Source: Pseudomonadota bacterium
Lineage (GTDB): Bacteria; Desulfobacterota; Desulfobulbia; Desulfobulbales; JAGXFP01
Assembly (NCBI GenBank): GCA_018823285.1
Contig: JAHJIQ010000013.1
Span: 89,593-153,592 of the forward strand
Direction: 5' to 3'
Length of the DNA: 64,000 bases
The notes beneath the pieces are model-generated. The model was not told the origin of the DNA. It saw nothing but the letters and a program-made list of their open reading frames with translations, and ran no database searches. Shown piece after piece: positions 55,304-63,919 of the stretch. How positions within the stretch are numbered: position 1 is the first letter of the stretch; each line of letters opens with the position of its first letter. A program made the translations under genes and the position numbers.

Positions 55304-55378
55304 AACCCCGCAGCAGATAGCGAACAGCGTGAGACTCGGAGTCTCCTTTGCAGTCGCTTACCTCGAGCTGCGGGGAAT
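55304..55378. repeat. dispersed palindromic repeat unit, copy B2
   Basis: AACCCCGCAGCAGATAGCGAACAGCGTGAGACTCGGAGTCTCC...GAGCTGCGGGGAAT, closed by a perfect 9-bp stem CCCCGCAGC/GCTGCGGGG. It shares a ~30-nt core with copy A at 34645..34692. Confidence 0.6.
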
Positions 55379-55560
55379 GCGTTTCGCTATGCATGTTCAA
55401 GGGAAGAGACATCCCGGTTGAACTTCTTGTGCCGATCAGGAGTGAATGGGTGTTCCGCTCCCCCTCTCCATCAACTCATCCAAAAACAAAATGCACCTCC
55501 GGACGATCCGGAGGTGCATTTTATGAACTTCAAGGCAAACCTTCTATCGCCGGTGCAGAA

Positions 55561-56817
55561 TCACATCGGCACAATAAATTTATTGGTATCTTCATTCCAT
55601 TTCACAATCAGGAACCATGCAGCCATTGCCAGCGAAATCAATAACAGGGTTCCGCCATAACCGAGAAAAGTATCCGGCATGTAGACAAATTTCCCAAGCT
55701 TGCCGCCAAAAACAAGAAGCTTGTCGGTGTCGGCATCCGACAGAAATTCAGCCCATGCTGTCTGGCCTTCCACATCCCCGCTATTAAACCAGGCGGTCAT
55801 GATTGAATTGGAGATCCCGAAAAACGGCACAACGATCCACAATTTAATCTGGCCCTCGCCAACACGCCACAAGGTACCGGTACCGCACCCTCCGGCAAAC
55901 ATGGCGCCCAGGGCAAAAATAAACCCACCGACCACCCCACCCCAACCAAAGGTCCCGCGGACATAATGGATAGGAGACTGAAGTCCGGCAGCCTTCACTA
56001 CAGCGATACCGATAGCCAGCAGAAGAACACTTAAGGCAACGGATTTGGCCATGGTGCAGTCACCGGTCATATGCGGCTCACGGAACCCCTGGATCATGCA
56101 CCAGCGGCCACGCTGCATCGCATATCCAAGACCGGCAGCAATGACGAGCATCCCGCTCATCTTGGCCAGATCTTCATTGCCGGAATAATTGTATGCTCCG
56201 TAAATCAGGCCGCCAATGGCAAGAAGCCCGAGAACAATCTGCAGCGCCGAAGGAAGCTCAATGGTTTTGGCGCCGCCGCTACCCCAGGTAATATGCTCCA
56301 TCTCCCAGTAAAGATATTTCAAACCGGTCACAGCGCCAAGCACAAGACCGATCATCATCGCAAAACCGTGCGCGGAAAGATTGCCGATCGCATTGTAAAA
56401 CCCGCCGACATTACAGCCACCGGCCAGAGCTGCGCCAACTCCCATCAGGCCACCCGCAATTACCGCCTTGACCATCTCCAGAACAGGAGGAATACGGAAA
56501 GCAAAATTGTTACCGAGGCAGGCAGAGACAAAGGCACCGCCAATAAAGCCAACGCCGATCACCGAACCGCTGTTTTTCAGAACATGGGAAGGAGCTTCAC
56601 CATCAAACATCCCGAACGGATCAAAACCCATCCCGTAGATGATCCAGTCACCCCAGTTCCGAATCGCTCCGACCGCGCCCCAGGGACGAGACCAGGCCAG
56701 CATCAGCACGCTGAGAAAGGCAATGATAATGCCTACCGTATAAGCGTCCCACTCGTCCTGACAGAGAGACTTGTACAGCCCTTTGACTTTGCTCCCCATA
56801 ACACTTCCCTCAGCCAT
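55561..56817 (-). CDS. YeeE/YedE-family sulfur-compound transporter (two sulfur-transport domains)
   Basis: Polytopic membrane protein with the duplicated motif context GGCNVGG / GGCGTGTLWR characteristic of YeeE/YedE. ATG at 56817 with a GGAGGA RBS (the track start at 56823 is a TTG). Confidence 0.85.
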   Translation of the reverse strand: MAEGSVMGSKVKGLYKSLCQDEWDAYTVGIIIAFLSVLMLAWSRPWGAVGAIRNWGDWIIYGMGFDPFGMFDGEAPSHVLKNSGSVIGVGFIGGAFVSACLGNNFAFRIPPVLEMVKAVIAGGLMGVGAALAGGCNVGGFYNAIGNLSAHGFAMMIGLVLGAVTGLKYLYWEMEHITWGSGGAKTIELPSALQIVLGLLAIGGLIYGAYNYSGNEDLAKMSGMLVIAAGLGYAMQRGRWCMIQGFREPHMTGDCTMAKSVALSVLLLAIGIAVVKAAGLQSPIHYVRGTFGWGGVVGGFIFALGAMFAGGCGTGTLWRVGEGQIKLWIVVPFFGISNSIMTAWFNSGDVEGQTAWAEFLSDADTDKLLVFGGKLGKFVYMPDTFLGYGGTLLLISLAMAAWFLIVKWNEDTNKFIVPM

Positions 56818-57213
56818 ATCCAATTCCTCCTCGTCTCATTTGATATATTGTTGAACCGGAAACAATAATGATCCCTGTTCCATAGCCGGATCCCCGATTA
56901 TGAACGAACGTTCATTTTTCTTACTCTTGACTGTATAATTTGTCAAGTTTGTCAGCACCTGTACCCATAATGTGTGAACGGAAAAATTTTCTGCTAATCC
57001 TCACCTCGAGCAATTTCTTTTAAAAATCAAACATTTATCACAATTGGGCTTCGCGGTTCGTTAGTTTTCATGTTTCACAACGTAAGTTCCGCCCTTCGGA
57101 TTACTGTGCCACAATGTATCAGGAATAATTATTGAAAACTTATCCGTTTCAGCATGCATATCATTATTCACCGCATATAATAATTTCAGAATGAATTGTC
57201 ATTCATTTACACC

Positions 57214-57242
57214 TTGACAGGCTCCCGGAATCTTGGTAGAAA
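57214..57242 (+). promoter_or_regulatory. candidate sigma-70 promoter for the tusA-dsrE-like operon
   Basis: TTGACA (57214-57219), a 17-nt spacer, then TAGAAA. It is immediately preceded by a small palindrome AATGAA-TTGTCA-TTCATT (about 57190-57208) that could be an operator. Confidence 0.3.
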
Positions 57243-57363
57243 AAATCCTTGCGATCATCTGGAATCACCTATCAATGGTATCAACAATATGAGGTGACAC
57301 CGAGCTGTACTTTTCAAGAATAGCTTGCGCCACCAAATCAACAATGAATGTAAGGAGGAAGAT

Positions 57364-57621
57364 ATGAGCGGAACCAAAACAGCCCCTGCCGGGATCAATG
57401 CAGACCGCACTCTCGATGCCAAAGGCTTAAGCTGCCCCATGCCGATGCTTCGCACCAAGAAAGAGATCGACAAGATAAACTCCGGCCAGATACTCGAAGT
57501 TCTTGGCACCGACCCCGGCTCAAGAAATGATCTCCCCGGCTGGTGTGAGCGGAGCGGCCATGAGTTCCTTGGCGAGAAGGAAGATTCAGGCTTCTTCCGT
57601 TTTTATATCAAGAAGGGATGA
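57364..57621 (+). CDS. tusA: TusA/SirA-family sulfurtransferase
   Basis: LDAKGLSCPMPMLRTKKEI (CPxP active-site motif). AAGGAGGA RBS. Internal ATG at 57364 of the 57325..57621 ORF. Confidence 0.85.
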   Translation: MSGTKTAPAGINADRTLDAKGLSCPMPMLRTKKEIDKINSGQILEVLGTDPGSRNDLPGWCERSGHEFLGEKEDSGFFRFYIKKG

Positions 57622-57714
57622 GGTAAAACTTCCTCCTGTTTTTAACAGGTGGCAATTCTGTGGCGCATTATCTAAACAGATGGTGCGCCAGCACTTTTTT
57701 ATCTGGAGGGAAAA

Positions 57715-58032
57715 ATGGCTAAGAGTTTAGGTATCTTCGTAACCAACCCCGATAACTTCCGGCATGTTATGGGAATCACCAAAGCTGCCAAGGCGAAAGG
57801 CTCGAAGGTCAAGGTATTCTTTACCTGGACTGGAACCCATTGCGCAAAGAAAGAGGCAGAATTCCCAGCCCTTTGCAAACTGGCCGACGATGTCTCCATC
57901 TGTCTGGACAGTTATGGCAAACAGGGGTACGACAGGAATGATGTCCCCGCTGGTCTGGAACCGTCAAAAATGGCCACCCAGGCACAGCACGGGGCGATCA
58001 TTGAAGACTACGACTGTTATATCAGTTTATAG
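57715..58032 (+). CDS. DsrE/DsrF-like sulfur-relay family protein
   Basis: 105 aa. LGIFVTNPD........AAKAKGSKVKVFFTWTG and SICLDSY resemble the DsrE-fold pattern. Good RBS (GGAGGG). Confidence 0.6.
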   Translation: MAKSLGIFVTNPDNFRHVMGITKAAKAKGSKVKVFFTWTGTHCAKKEAEFPALCKLADDVSICLDSYGKQGYDRNDVPAGLEPSKMATQAQHGAIIEDYDCYISL

Positions 58033-58044
58033 GAGGCTGATCAG

Positions 58045-58347
58045 ATGGAATATAAAAAAGTATGCTTCATGTACAGAAACAAAGACTACACCATGGATGG
58101 CATTCGTTCCGCTCTCGGTCTTGCGGTAGAGAACATGTACGCATACGGTGTTGTTCTCGACAACGAAATCCCGGCGCTTGATGAAAACCAGCAGGAGAGC
58201 ATTGAAATGCTCCGGGACATGGAAGGTGAAGTCTACTCCACCGTTCAGGCCAATGTTGACAAAAGTGGCTTTGAGGCTATCACCATTGAGGAACTTGGCG
58301 AGAAACTTCGTGAAATGACCAACATCGTTCCCTACGGAATCAAATAG
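58045..58347 (+). CDS. DsrE/F/H-like small protein
   Basis: 100 aa. KKVCFMYRNKDYTMDGIRSALGLAVENMYAYGVVL fits a DsrF-like alpha/beta start. AGGAGG RBS. Translationally close to its neighbours. Confidence 0.5.
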   Translation: MEYKKVCFMYRNKDYTMDGIRSALGLAVENMYAYGVVLDNEIPALDENQQESIEMLRDMEGEVYSTVQANVDKSGFEAITIEELGEKLREMTNIVPYGIK

Positions 58348-58367
58348 GAGCTTAGGAGATAAACACC

Positions 58368-58541
58368 ATGAAAATACTCAATGTATATCGATCCGAGCCT
58401 GATGCAACCACCAAAAAACTGGTTGAGATCGTTACCAGGGACCGGGAAGCCGACAGCTTCAAGCTCAATGTAGACGCTCCAGACTACGATAAGCTGGTCG
58501 ACAAGATCTTTGCCGCCGATCAGACCATCTGCTGGTGGTAA
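58368..58541 (+). CDS. small ORF (57 aa), possible DsrH-like third subunit
   Basis: Not in the supplied track (below its length cutoff). ATG at 58368 preceded by AGGAG. MKILNVYRSEPDATTKKLVEIVTRDREADSFKLNVDAPDYDKLVDKIFAADQTICWW. Followed by a strong terminator. Confidence 0.45.
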   Translation: MKILNVYRSEPDATTKKLVEIVTRDREADSFKLNVDAPDYDKLVDKIFAADQTICWW

Positions 58542-58570
58542 AAGATTTCAGGCAAAACTGCTGACGCGAA

Positions 58571-58612
58571 AACGCCCGCCCCTTGGATTCAAGGGGTGGG
58601 CGTTTTTATTTT
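58571..58612 (+). terminator. Rho-independent terminator (possibly bidirectional)
   Basis: AACGCCCGCCCCTT-GGATTC-AAGGGGTGGGCGTT is a 14-bp stem with one G-U pair, followed by TTTTATTTT. It lies between convergent genes ending at 58541 (+) and 58637 (-). Confidence 0.8.
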
Positions 58613-58636
58613 ACCCTTATGCATGATCGCTCACCG

Positions 58637-58969
58637 TCAGGCCTTTATCTTCTCCTCCTTGAGCATTCGATCCACAAATCGCAACAAGTGATCCCTTTGG
58701 GCATCCGTCGCATAGCATATACATGAACAGTGCAGGTTGCTCTCGCTTCTGACCAGAAACTCGAACGCCACTGAATTCCTGCCCAGCTCAATCCCGAAAT
58801 AGAACGGGCCGCAATCACCATGACCCAGCTGGGCCGGGCCAAGCAGGTCGTCCGGGACGGCAAGCCAGAACATCCCAGCGATCGAAGCACTCTTTACGGT
58901 TCTTTTCAGATACGAATCTATATTGGCCTGCTCTTCTATGGAAAGGCCGTCTATCAACAACTGACGCAT
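58637..58969 (-). CDS. hypothetical Cys/His-containing protein downstream of the secretin
   Basis: 110-aa ORF starting 4 nt after the secretin stop. Contains ...GHGDCGPFYFGIELG...NLHCSCICYAT.... No family recognised. Confidence 0.55.
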   Translation of the reverse strand: MRQLLIDGLSIEEQANIDSYLKRTVKSASIAGMFWLAVPDDLLGPAQLGHGDCGPFYFGIELGRNSVAFEFLVRSESNLHCSCICYATDAQRDHLLRFVDRMLKEEKIKA

Positions 58970-58972
58970 AGC

Positions 58973-61270
58973 CTATTGTTTTTTCCCTTGATTGAGTTTT
59001 TTACGCAGATCAATCATCTTTTTCTCAAAATTCGCGGCGTACTGGGCCAGCACATCTTCCGTCTCAATCACATAGGGCGTTATCATAACCAGCAGCTCGG
59101 TTTTATCTTTGACCTCTTTCTGATATTTGAAAAACCACCCCAGAATCGGGATGTCTTTCAGAAAGGGAACACCGCTGTCGACCAGATTCACATTATTTTC
59201 AATCAGGCCACCCATGAAGATCGTCTGCCCGTCGCGAACCGCAAGCTTTGTTTTGAGTTCCCGATTTGAAATAATCGGAGACTCTGTTCCACTTAAGGTA
59301 TTGGTGGAAGCGGAACTGACCTGCTGATTGATATCGAGGATGATGATCCCGTCATAATTGATCTTGGGGGTCACATCGAGAATGACTCCGGTATCCTTGT
59401 ATTGAATGGTCTGGTTGAGATTGGATGAGTTGATATCCCCGGTCTGACTGGTGACAATAGGGACCTGCTGACCGACATTGACGGTGGCAGTCTCGTTGTT
59501 GAGCACCATGACCTGGGGCGAGGAGAGAATGGTCAGTTCGGTGTCATCGGCAATGGCATTCAGAATACCCATCGCCTCTCCGGCGGAATTCAGCACACTG
59601 TAGGTGAACCCGGCCGCAACCGATTGCAGGCTGTCATGATTGATAGGACTACCACTCTCACCATTGGCGATCTGGCTCAGGTTGCTGAAATACTTATTGG
59701 TATATTTTGTCCCATCCAGCTTCAGCCGCCCGGTTTCCTTCATCCCCCACTCGATACCCATGGCCCAGGAGTCGTTCAGGTTCACCTCGGCTACCATCAC
59801 CTCAATCAGGACCTGCCTCGGAATATTATCCAGCCGTTCCAGGAGTTTGGTCAACCGGACATAGTCGGCCGGATGGGCTCGCAACAAAATGATATTCCTG
59901 CTGTCATCGGCAATAATCACCGGCTCTCCTGCGAAACGCAGAGATTCACCGGTTTCGCCGCTTTTCTTTGACGCCCCGGTTTTACGTACCGCCGTCGATT
60001 TGGCAGGCTTAGTGATTGCCGTTGGGGTGGCAGAGGAGTCTTTCTCTTCACTGCTCTTTGCGCTGGACTTCGCCGCGCTCGACCCGGTGGTGACGCTTGG
60101 ACTGGAACTGATCAGTTCATTTACCAGGGAAGCCAGATCGGAGGCCACCGAATTCCTTACATTGTAAATATAGATGTTGTCGCGCCCTTCGCTCGGCACC
60201 ACATCGAGTTCCGTCACCCAGCGGGTTGCGCTGTCAAGCAGCTCCTGGTTGCTGCTCACCAGAAGGAGAGAATTCACCCGCTCAAGGGCCAGTACGGAAA
60301 CGCCGTCATACCCTTTGCTGTTGACCTGCAGCGAGCTCAGGATCTCAACCAGCTCATCCTTCAGTTCGAAAATCGGCGCCTTGTCGATTCTGACCAGCCG
60401 CACCCTGAGGCTTGAGAGGGGGGAAACATCAAGTCGGGCCAGGATCGTCAGCACATCCAGAACCTTACTCTCATAATCACTGACAAACAGGGTGTTTGGA
60501 TTTTCAAGGGTGAACATTTCACCCTGCTCCGAAAGATAGGGTTTCAGAAGTTTTACCGCTTCGGCCACCGGAATGTGCATGACCGGGACAATCTGGATCA
60601 TGATGCTTGGCGACTCTTTCAGGGAATCGGCCTGATCCGGCCCCTGGACCATTTCCGAGGATGGCTTTTTGGCACTGAAAATATAGTTGTAATCTCCTTC
60701 ACTGCGGATATCGAGGCCGTTGATATTGAGGAGTTTTTTGAATACCGCATAAAGCTGCGACATCGGTATTTTCTTTCCGGATCGGATGTTGACCACCCCC
60801 TTGACCTGCGGGTCGATGATATAGCTGATATCAAGGATCTCGGCGATCACCTGGATCACCTCATAGACATCGGCATTGTCGAAATTCAGGAGAACTCCCT
60901 CACCGGGAGCGACTTCCATCGATGGTTCAGGAGGCGGCTGGGCACCCTTGATCTTTTTCAGGTAGGGGTTACGTCCGTCAACCCGGCTCGGGATATCCCG
61001 GACCGGCACCGTTTTGATCGCCGTTTCAGAAACCTCGTCTTCCGGGACTTTTTCTTCCTCTTCAACGACCGGGGCAGGTTTTTCAATGCCCTTGCTGATT
61101 TCGGCAAGATCGAATATGCCGTCAGCTCCGTCTCCACCTGAAAAATAGGCGCATCCCGACAAGGTTGCGGTGGCAAGAAAAACCACTATTCCGGCGACAA
61201 AATATTTAAAGCAGAGCTGCGCTGCTTTACTGCTCAAACGAAACTTATGCCCTTGGGGTACAAAACACAT
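58973..61270 (-). CDS. secretin (GspD/PilQ/MshL-type outer-membrane channel), lipoprotein form
   Basis: Lipobox ATLSGC. N-domain repeats. Secretin core (TPKINYDGIIILDI; VPFLKDIPILGWFFK; LLVMITPYV). Ser/Thr/Ala/Lys low-complexity insert at about 59945-60115. Confidence 0.9.
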   Translation of the reverse strand: MCFVPQGHKFRLSSKAAQLCFKYFVAGIVVFLATATLSGCAYFSGGDGADGIFDLAEISKGIEKPAPVVEEEEKVPEDEVSETAIKTVPVRDIPSRVDGRNPYLKKIKGAQPPPEPSMEVAPGEGVLLNFDNADVYEVIQVIAEILDISYIIDPQVKGVVNIRSGKKIPMSQLYAVFKKLLNINGLDIRSEGDYNYIFSAKKPSSEMVQGPDQADSLKESPSIMIQIVPVMHIPVAEAVKLLKPYLSEQGEMFTLENPNTLFVSDYESKVLDVLTILARLDVSPLSSLRVRLVRIDKAPIFELKDELVEILSSLQVNSKGYDGVSVLALERVNSLLLVSSNQELLDSATRWVTELDVVPSEGRDNIYIYNVRNSVASDLASLVNELISSSPSVTTGSSAAKSSAKSSEEKDSSATPTAITKPAKSTAVRKTGASKKSGETGESLRFAGEPVIIADDSRNIILLRAHPADYVRLTKLLERLDNIPRQVLIEVMVAEVNLNDSWAMGIEWGMKETGRLKLDGTKYTNKYFSNLSQIANGESGSPINHDSLQSVAAGFTYSVLNSAGEAMGILNAIADDTELTILSSPQVMVLNNETATVNVGQQVPIVTSQTGDINSSNLNQTIQYKDTGVILDVTPKINYDGIIILDINQQVSSASTNTLSGTESPIISNRELKTKLAVRDGQTIFMGGLIENNVNLVDSGVPFLKDIPILGWFFKYQKEVKDKTELLVMITPYVIETEDVLAQYAANFEKKMIDLRKKLNQGKKQ

Positions 61271-61297
61271 ATCTCACCTTCGTTATTAGAATCTTCA

Positions 61298-62152
61298 TTA
61301 CTGAACTGCCCGACCATGCGGGAAATCGCTGCCTGCGGTCGGCGGCGGGGGCGCCATCATCGACGGATCAAGCCTTAACAGCCGCTGTGACCTCCGCTGG
61401 AGCAGATCGGCCGGCGGCCCAGGCGGTTTACTCGGCGCACCGGAACCCGTTTCCGGTGTTGGCGCGGTATTTCTCGGGGTTACTTCGGTCGGCGGCTCAG
61501 GAGCCCTGGTTACAGCAGGGGGAGAGGCAACAGGGCTCGCCTCAGCTGCCGCTGCGCGCGTCGGCTGGCCGGCACGTCCCCTGACCACAACCCGGGACTT
61601 GTTCTGGTCATGGAGAAATTTTTCAATTTTCTCCCCGTCCTTTTCGAACACGATCCGGTCTTCCTCGACCCTGGCCACCACAAAACCCATAAAAAGAGCG
61701 CCCTGGTCAAGCTGTTCGTGCTGCAGCACCGAGGCCGCTCTCCCCTTTACAGGAGCTCTGGTTCTGGAGCCTTTTTCCACGTTTGCCGGCGCGGCCGGAT
61801 AAGCAACGAGGGCTTTCCGCAGTTCGCCGATAATCACCGACCCTTCGTAGAAAACCTCCTCAAGATCGGTCGAGCTGACAATTTCCGGTTCCTTTTTGCC
61901 GTCGCTCGTGAACTCGTCAAGATCACTTTCATCCAGCTCCCGATCCTCAACAAAAACATATCCTTGATTCAGATCGGGCAAGGGTTTGGCTATCTCCGGA
62001 TTAAAAACCATTGCTTCGGGCACTTCACTCTCTTCCTTTGCCTGGCTCTCAACCACAGGTTTTTCATCAGGCGTCCATGGCCCGCTTAAACCAATGCGCA
62101 TGATGATCATCAGGCTCAAAAGGAGAAGTATCAAATGGGTAAATCGTGTCAT
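61298..62152 (-). CDS. GspC/PilP-like periplasmic protein with Pro-rich tail
   Basis: N-terminal TM/signal segment (LILLLLSLMIIM). Segment LDQGALFMGFVVARVEEDRIVFEKDGEKIEKFL resembles the secretin-interacting beta-domain of PilP/GspC. The C-terminal ~90 aa is Pro/Ala-rich. Confidence 0.5.
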   Translation of the reverse strand: MTRFTHLILLLLSLMIIMRIGLSGPWTPDEKPVVESQAKEESEVPEAMVFNPEIAKPLPDLNQGYVFVEDRELDESDLDEFTSDGKKEPEIVSSTDLEEVFYEGSVIIGELRKALVAYPAAPANVEKGSRTRAPVKGRAASVLQHEQLDQGALFMGFVVARVEEDRIVFEKDGEKIEKFLHDQNKSRVVVRGRAGQPTRAAAAEASPVASPPAVTRAPEPPTEVTPRNTAPTPETGSGAPSKPPGPPADLLQRRSQRLLRLDPSMMAPPPPTAGSDFPHGRAVQ

Positions 62153-62195
62153 TTCACCTGCTCAATGTCCGTCCGTTCCGTTTGCCCGGCCGGAC

Positions 62196-62780
62196 TCACT
62201 CGGAATTCTTCAGGAAATAATAACTCTTGAATTCTATAAAAATCTTGAGCCCCGCTTTTTTATACGGCTTCAAGGTAAAACTCTCAATTTTGAAAAACTG
62301 CTGTGAACTGTAAATGTCGCTCAGAAAATCGATAAACTGCTGCTGGGTCCCGGCAAGTCTCGCCTTGATTATAACCTCCTCAAGGGGGACTGCGCCAGCG
62401 TCACCTTCCCGGTTCCGATCAACGGCCTGCCGGGTTGGCCGGATCGATTCAGACTCGAGCCCCGCTTTCATGACCAGATTCTGAATCCGGATCTGCATGG
62501 CCGAGGCGATCTCCTCATCGGAAACACCGGTGAAAAATGCTTTCTCCACCTGCGCTTTCACTTTAAGATTTTTTTCGAGCTCTTCCTTCAGCTGATCGAT
62601 CTGTCTGGCATTGAAACGGTACTGTTCGACACGCTCGGCGGTGCTCTCCGCCTCGGCGACCCTGGTCTGGTAGGCAGTATTGACCCAGCGGACAAGATTC
62701 AGCACCAGCAGCAGCACGGCGGCAACGATAAGAATGGCACGACGTCGGTGCCGGTTGTAGTATTTTGCCAGACTGATCAT
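62196..62780 (-). CDS. GspM/PilO/MshJ-like inner-membrane assembly protein
   Basis: 194 aa. N-terminal TM segment (ILIVAAVLLLVLNLV), a coiled coil, then an alpha/beta C-domain. Its start overlaps the upstream gene's stop. Confidence 0.55.
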   Translation of the reverse strand: MISLAKYYNRHRRRAILIVAAVLLLVLNLVRWVNTAYQTRVAEAESTAERVEQYRFNARQIDQLKEELEKNLKVKAQVEKAFFTGVSDEEIASAMQIRIQNLVMKAGLESESIRPTRQAVDRNREGDAGAVPLEEVIIKARLAGTQQQFIDFLSDIYSSQQFFKIESFTLKPYKKAGLKIFIEFKSYYFLKNSE

Positions 62781-63919
62781 GGCAGTCCGATCTCCACCTG
62801 AAAATAGGTTCTGTTCTTTCTCCGGCTCGTGGACTTGAGCCTGGTTTCTCCCAGAACCTGAAGTTTTTCGGTCAACTCACCGACGTTATCCGTATACCCC
62901 TGGATGACCACAACCTTCTCCTTGCCGTTCAACTGCAACTGGTCGAGATAAGAGGTCTCGGGCAGTTCTTCAGTCAGCCGGGTCAGAAAGGAGATCAGGT
63001 CGGTATTGGCTTCCAATCCCTGAACCCCGGCCAGAAAATCCTTGTTCTTCTTGATCTCACGCCGGAGTTCGCTGACTTCCATCATCACCGGCGCCAACCG
63101 GGCGATTTCAGCCTCGGTTTCACTGATCACCCCGTCGATCTGCCGGAGCTTATACCCGGTTACAAAGATCAGGGCAAAGAGATTTACGGCCAGGAGGGCG
63201 ATGATTGCCATCCTCGTATAATCCGGCCTCCGGTAAGAGGCCGGCAGCATGTTGAAATCCTTGAGAACCGGAGAAGCGCTCAGGAGGTCGCTGCTCGGCT
63301 GAAACCGGCTGGCAGCCGGCCTCGCGGTATGATAAAGGCTTTCCGTGCCGCAGAGTTCGGCGGTTTTGGCAAAGCTGAGGTCCGGATGGCACAACATCCG
63401 GTCTTCGAGAACCGTCCCCGAAAAAACAAAAACCTTGGTGAACTTGCCGGGCATTACCAACGCCCATTTTTCTTTGCCCAACTTGTTCGTGACATAACGC
63501 TGGCTTTCCGGATACAGCCCCCTGACCTGGAAGCCGGCCGCGATAATCTCTTCAATGGAATTGGCCAGAAGACCTGCCCGGGCGGCAAAGATCGTTGTTT
63601 TATACAGTTCACCCGCCCGCTGCGCAGAATAGCTGTACAACACCTCATCTTCCCGAAAAGGGGTGATCAGGCCAAGCTGGAACTTCACGGCTTCAGCAAT
63701 GTCGGGGGTTCTGACCGGAAGAGATATCGAGGTCGCGAAAATCAGCTCTTCGGAAACGAACAGGTTGACGGAGGTCGAGGTGATTCCGTGCCGGTCGGTG
63801 AAACCGTGCAGGCATTCCCCGCCGTCGAGACCCTCGCCCCGGAATTCCTGGACGGTCTTCCCTCGGCCATAGCTCACGGTAAAGCCATCAGCCTCGATTA
63901 TGACCTCAAGACCACTCAT
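62777..63919 (-). CDS. GspL / PilM-PilN-fusion (MshI)-like assembly protein
   Basis: 380 aa. A cytoplasmic ~230-aa domain, one TM segment (MAIIALLAVNLFALIFVTGY), then a PilN-like periplasmic coiled coil and domain. Confidence 0.55.
   Translation of the reverse strand: MSGLEVIIEADGFTVSYGRGKTVQEFRGEGLDGGECLHGFTDRHGITSTSVNLFVSEELIFATSISLPVRTPDIAEAVKFQLGLITPFREDEVLYSYSAQRAGELYKTTIFAARAGLLANSIEEIIAAGFQVRGLYPESQRYVTNKLGKEKWALVMPGKFTKVFVFSGTVLEDRMLCHPDLSFAKTAELCGTESLYHTARPAASRFQPSSDLLSASPVLKDFNMLPASYRRPDYTRMAIIALLAVNLFALIFVTGYKLRQIDGVISETEAEIARLAPVMMEVSELRREIKKNKDFLAGVQGLEANTDLISFLTRLTEELPETSYLDQLQLNGKEKVVVIQGYTDNVGELTEKLQVLGETRLKSTSRRKNRTYFQVEIGLP

Noticed and set aside
57255-57509. The 84-aa reverse-strand ORF overlapping the tusA start region.
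   Set aside because: It is antisense to a well-supported TusA gene that has a strong RBS and the CPxP motif. Its own sequence is featureless.
55561-58541. In-frame TGA (selenocysteine) recoding in the YeeE/TusA/DsrE-like cluster. Some DsrE-like and related proteins are selenoproteins in anaerobes.
   Set aside because: All ORFs here are intact with ordinary stops. I saw no split gene joined by a TGA, and no SECIS-like hairpin directly after a TGA.
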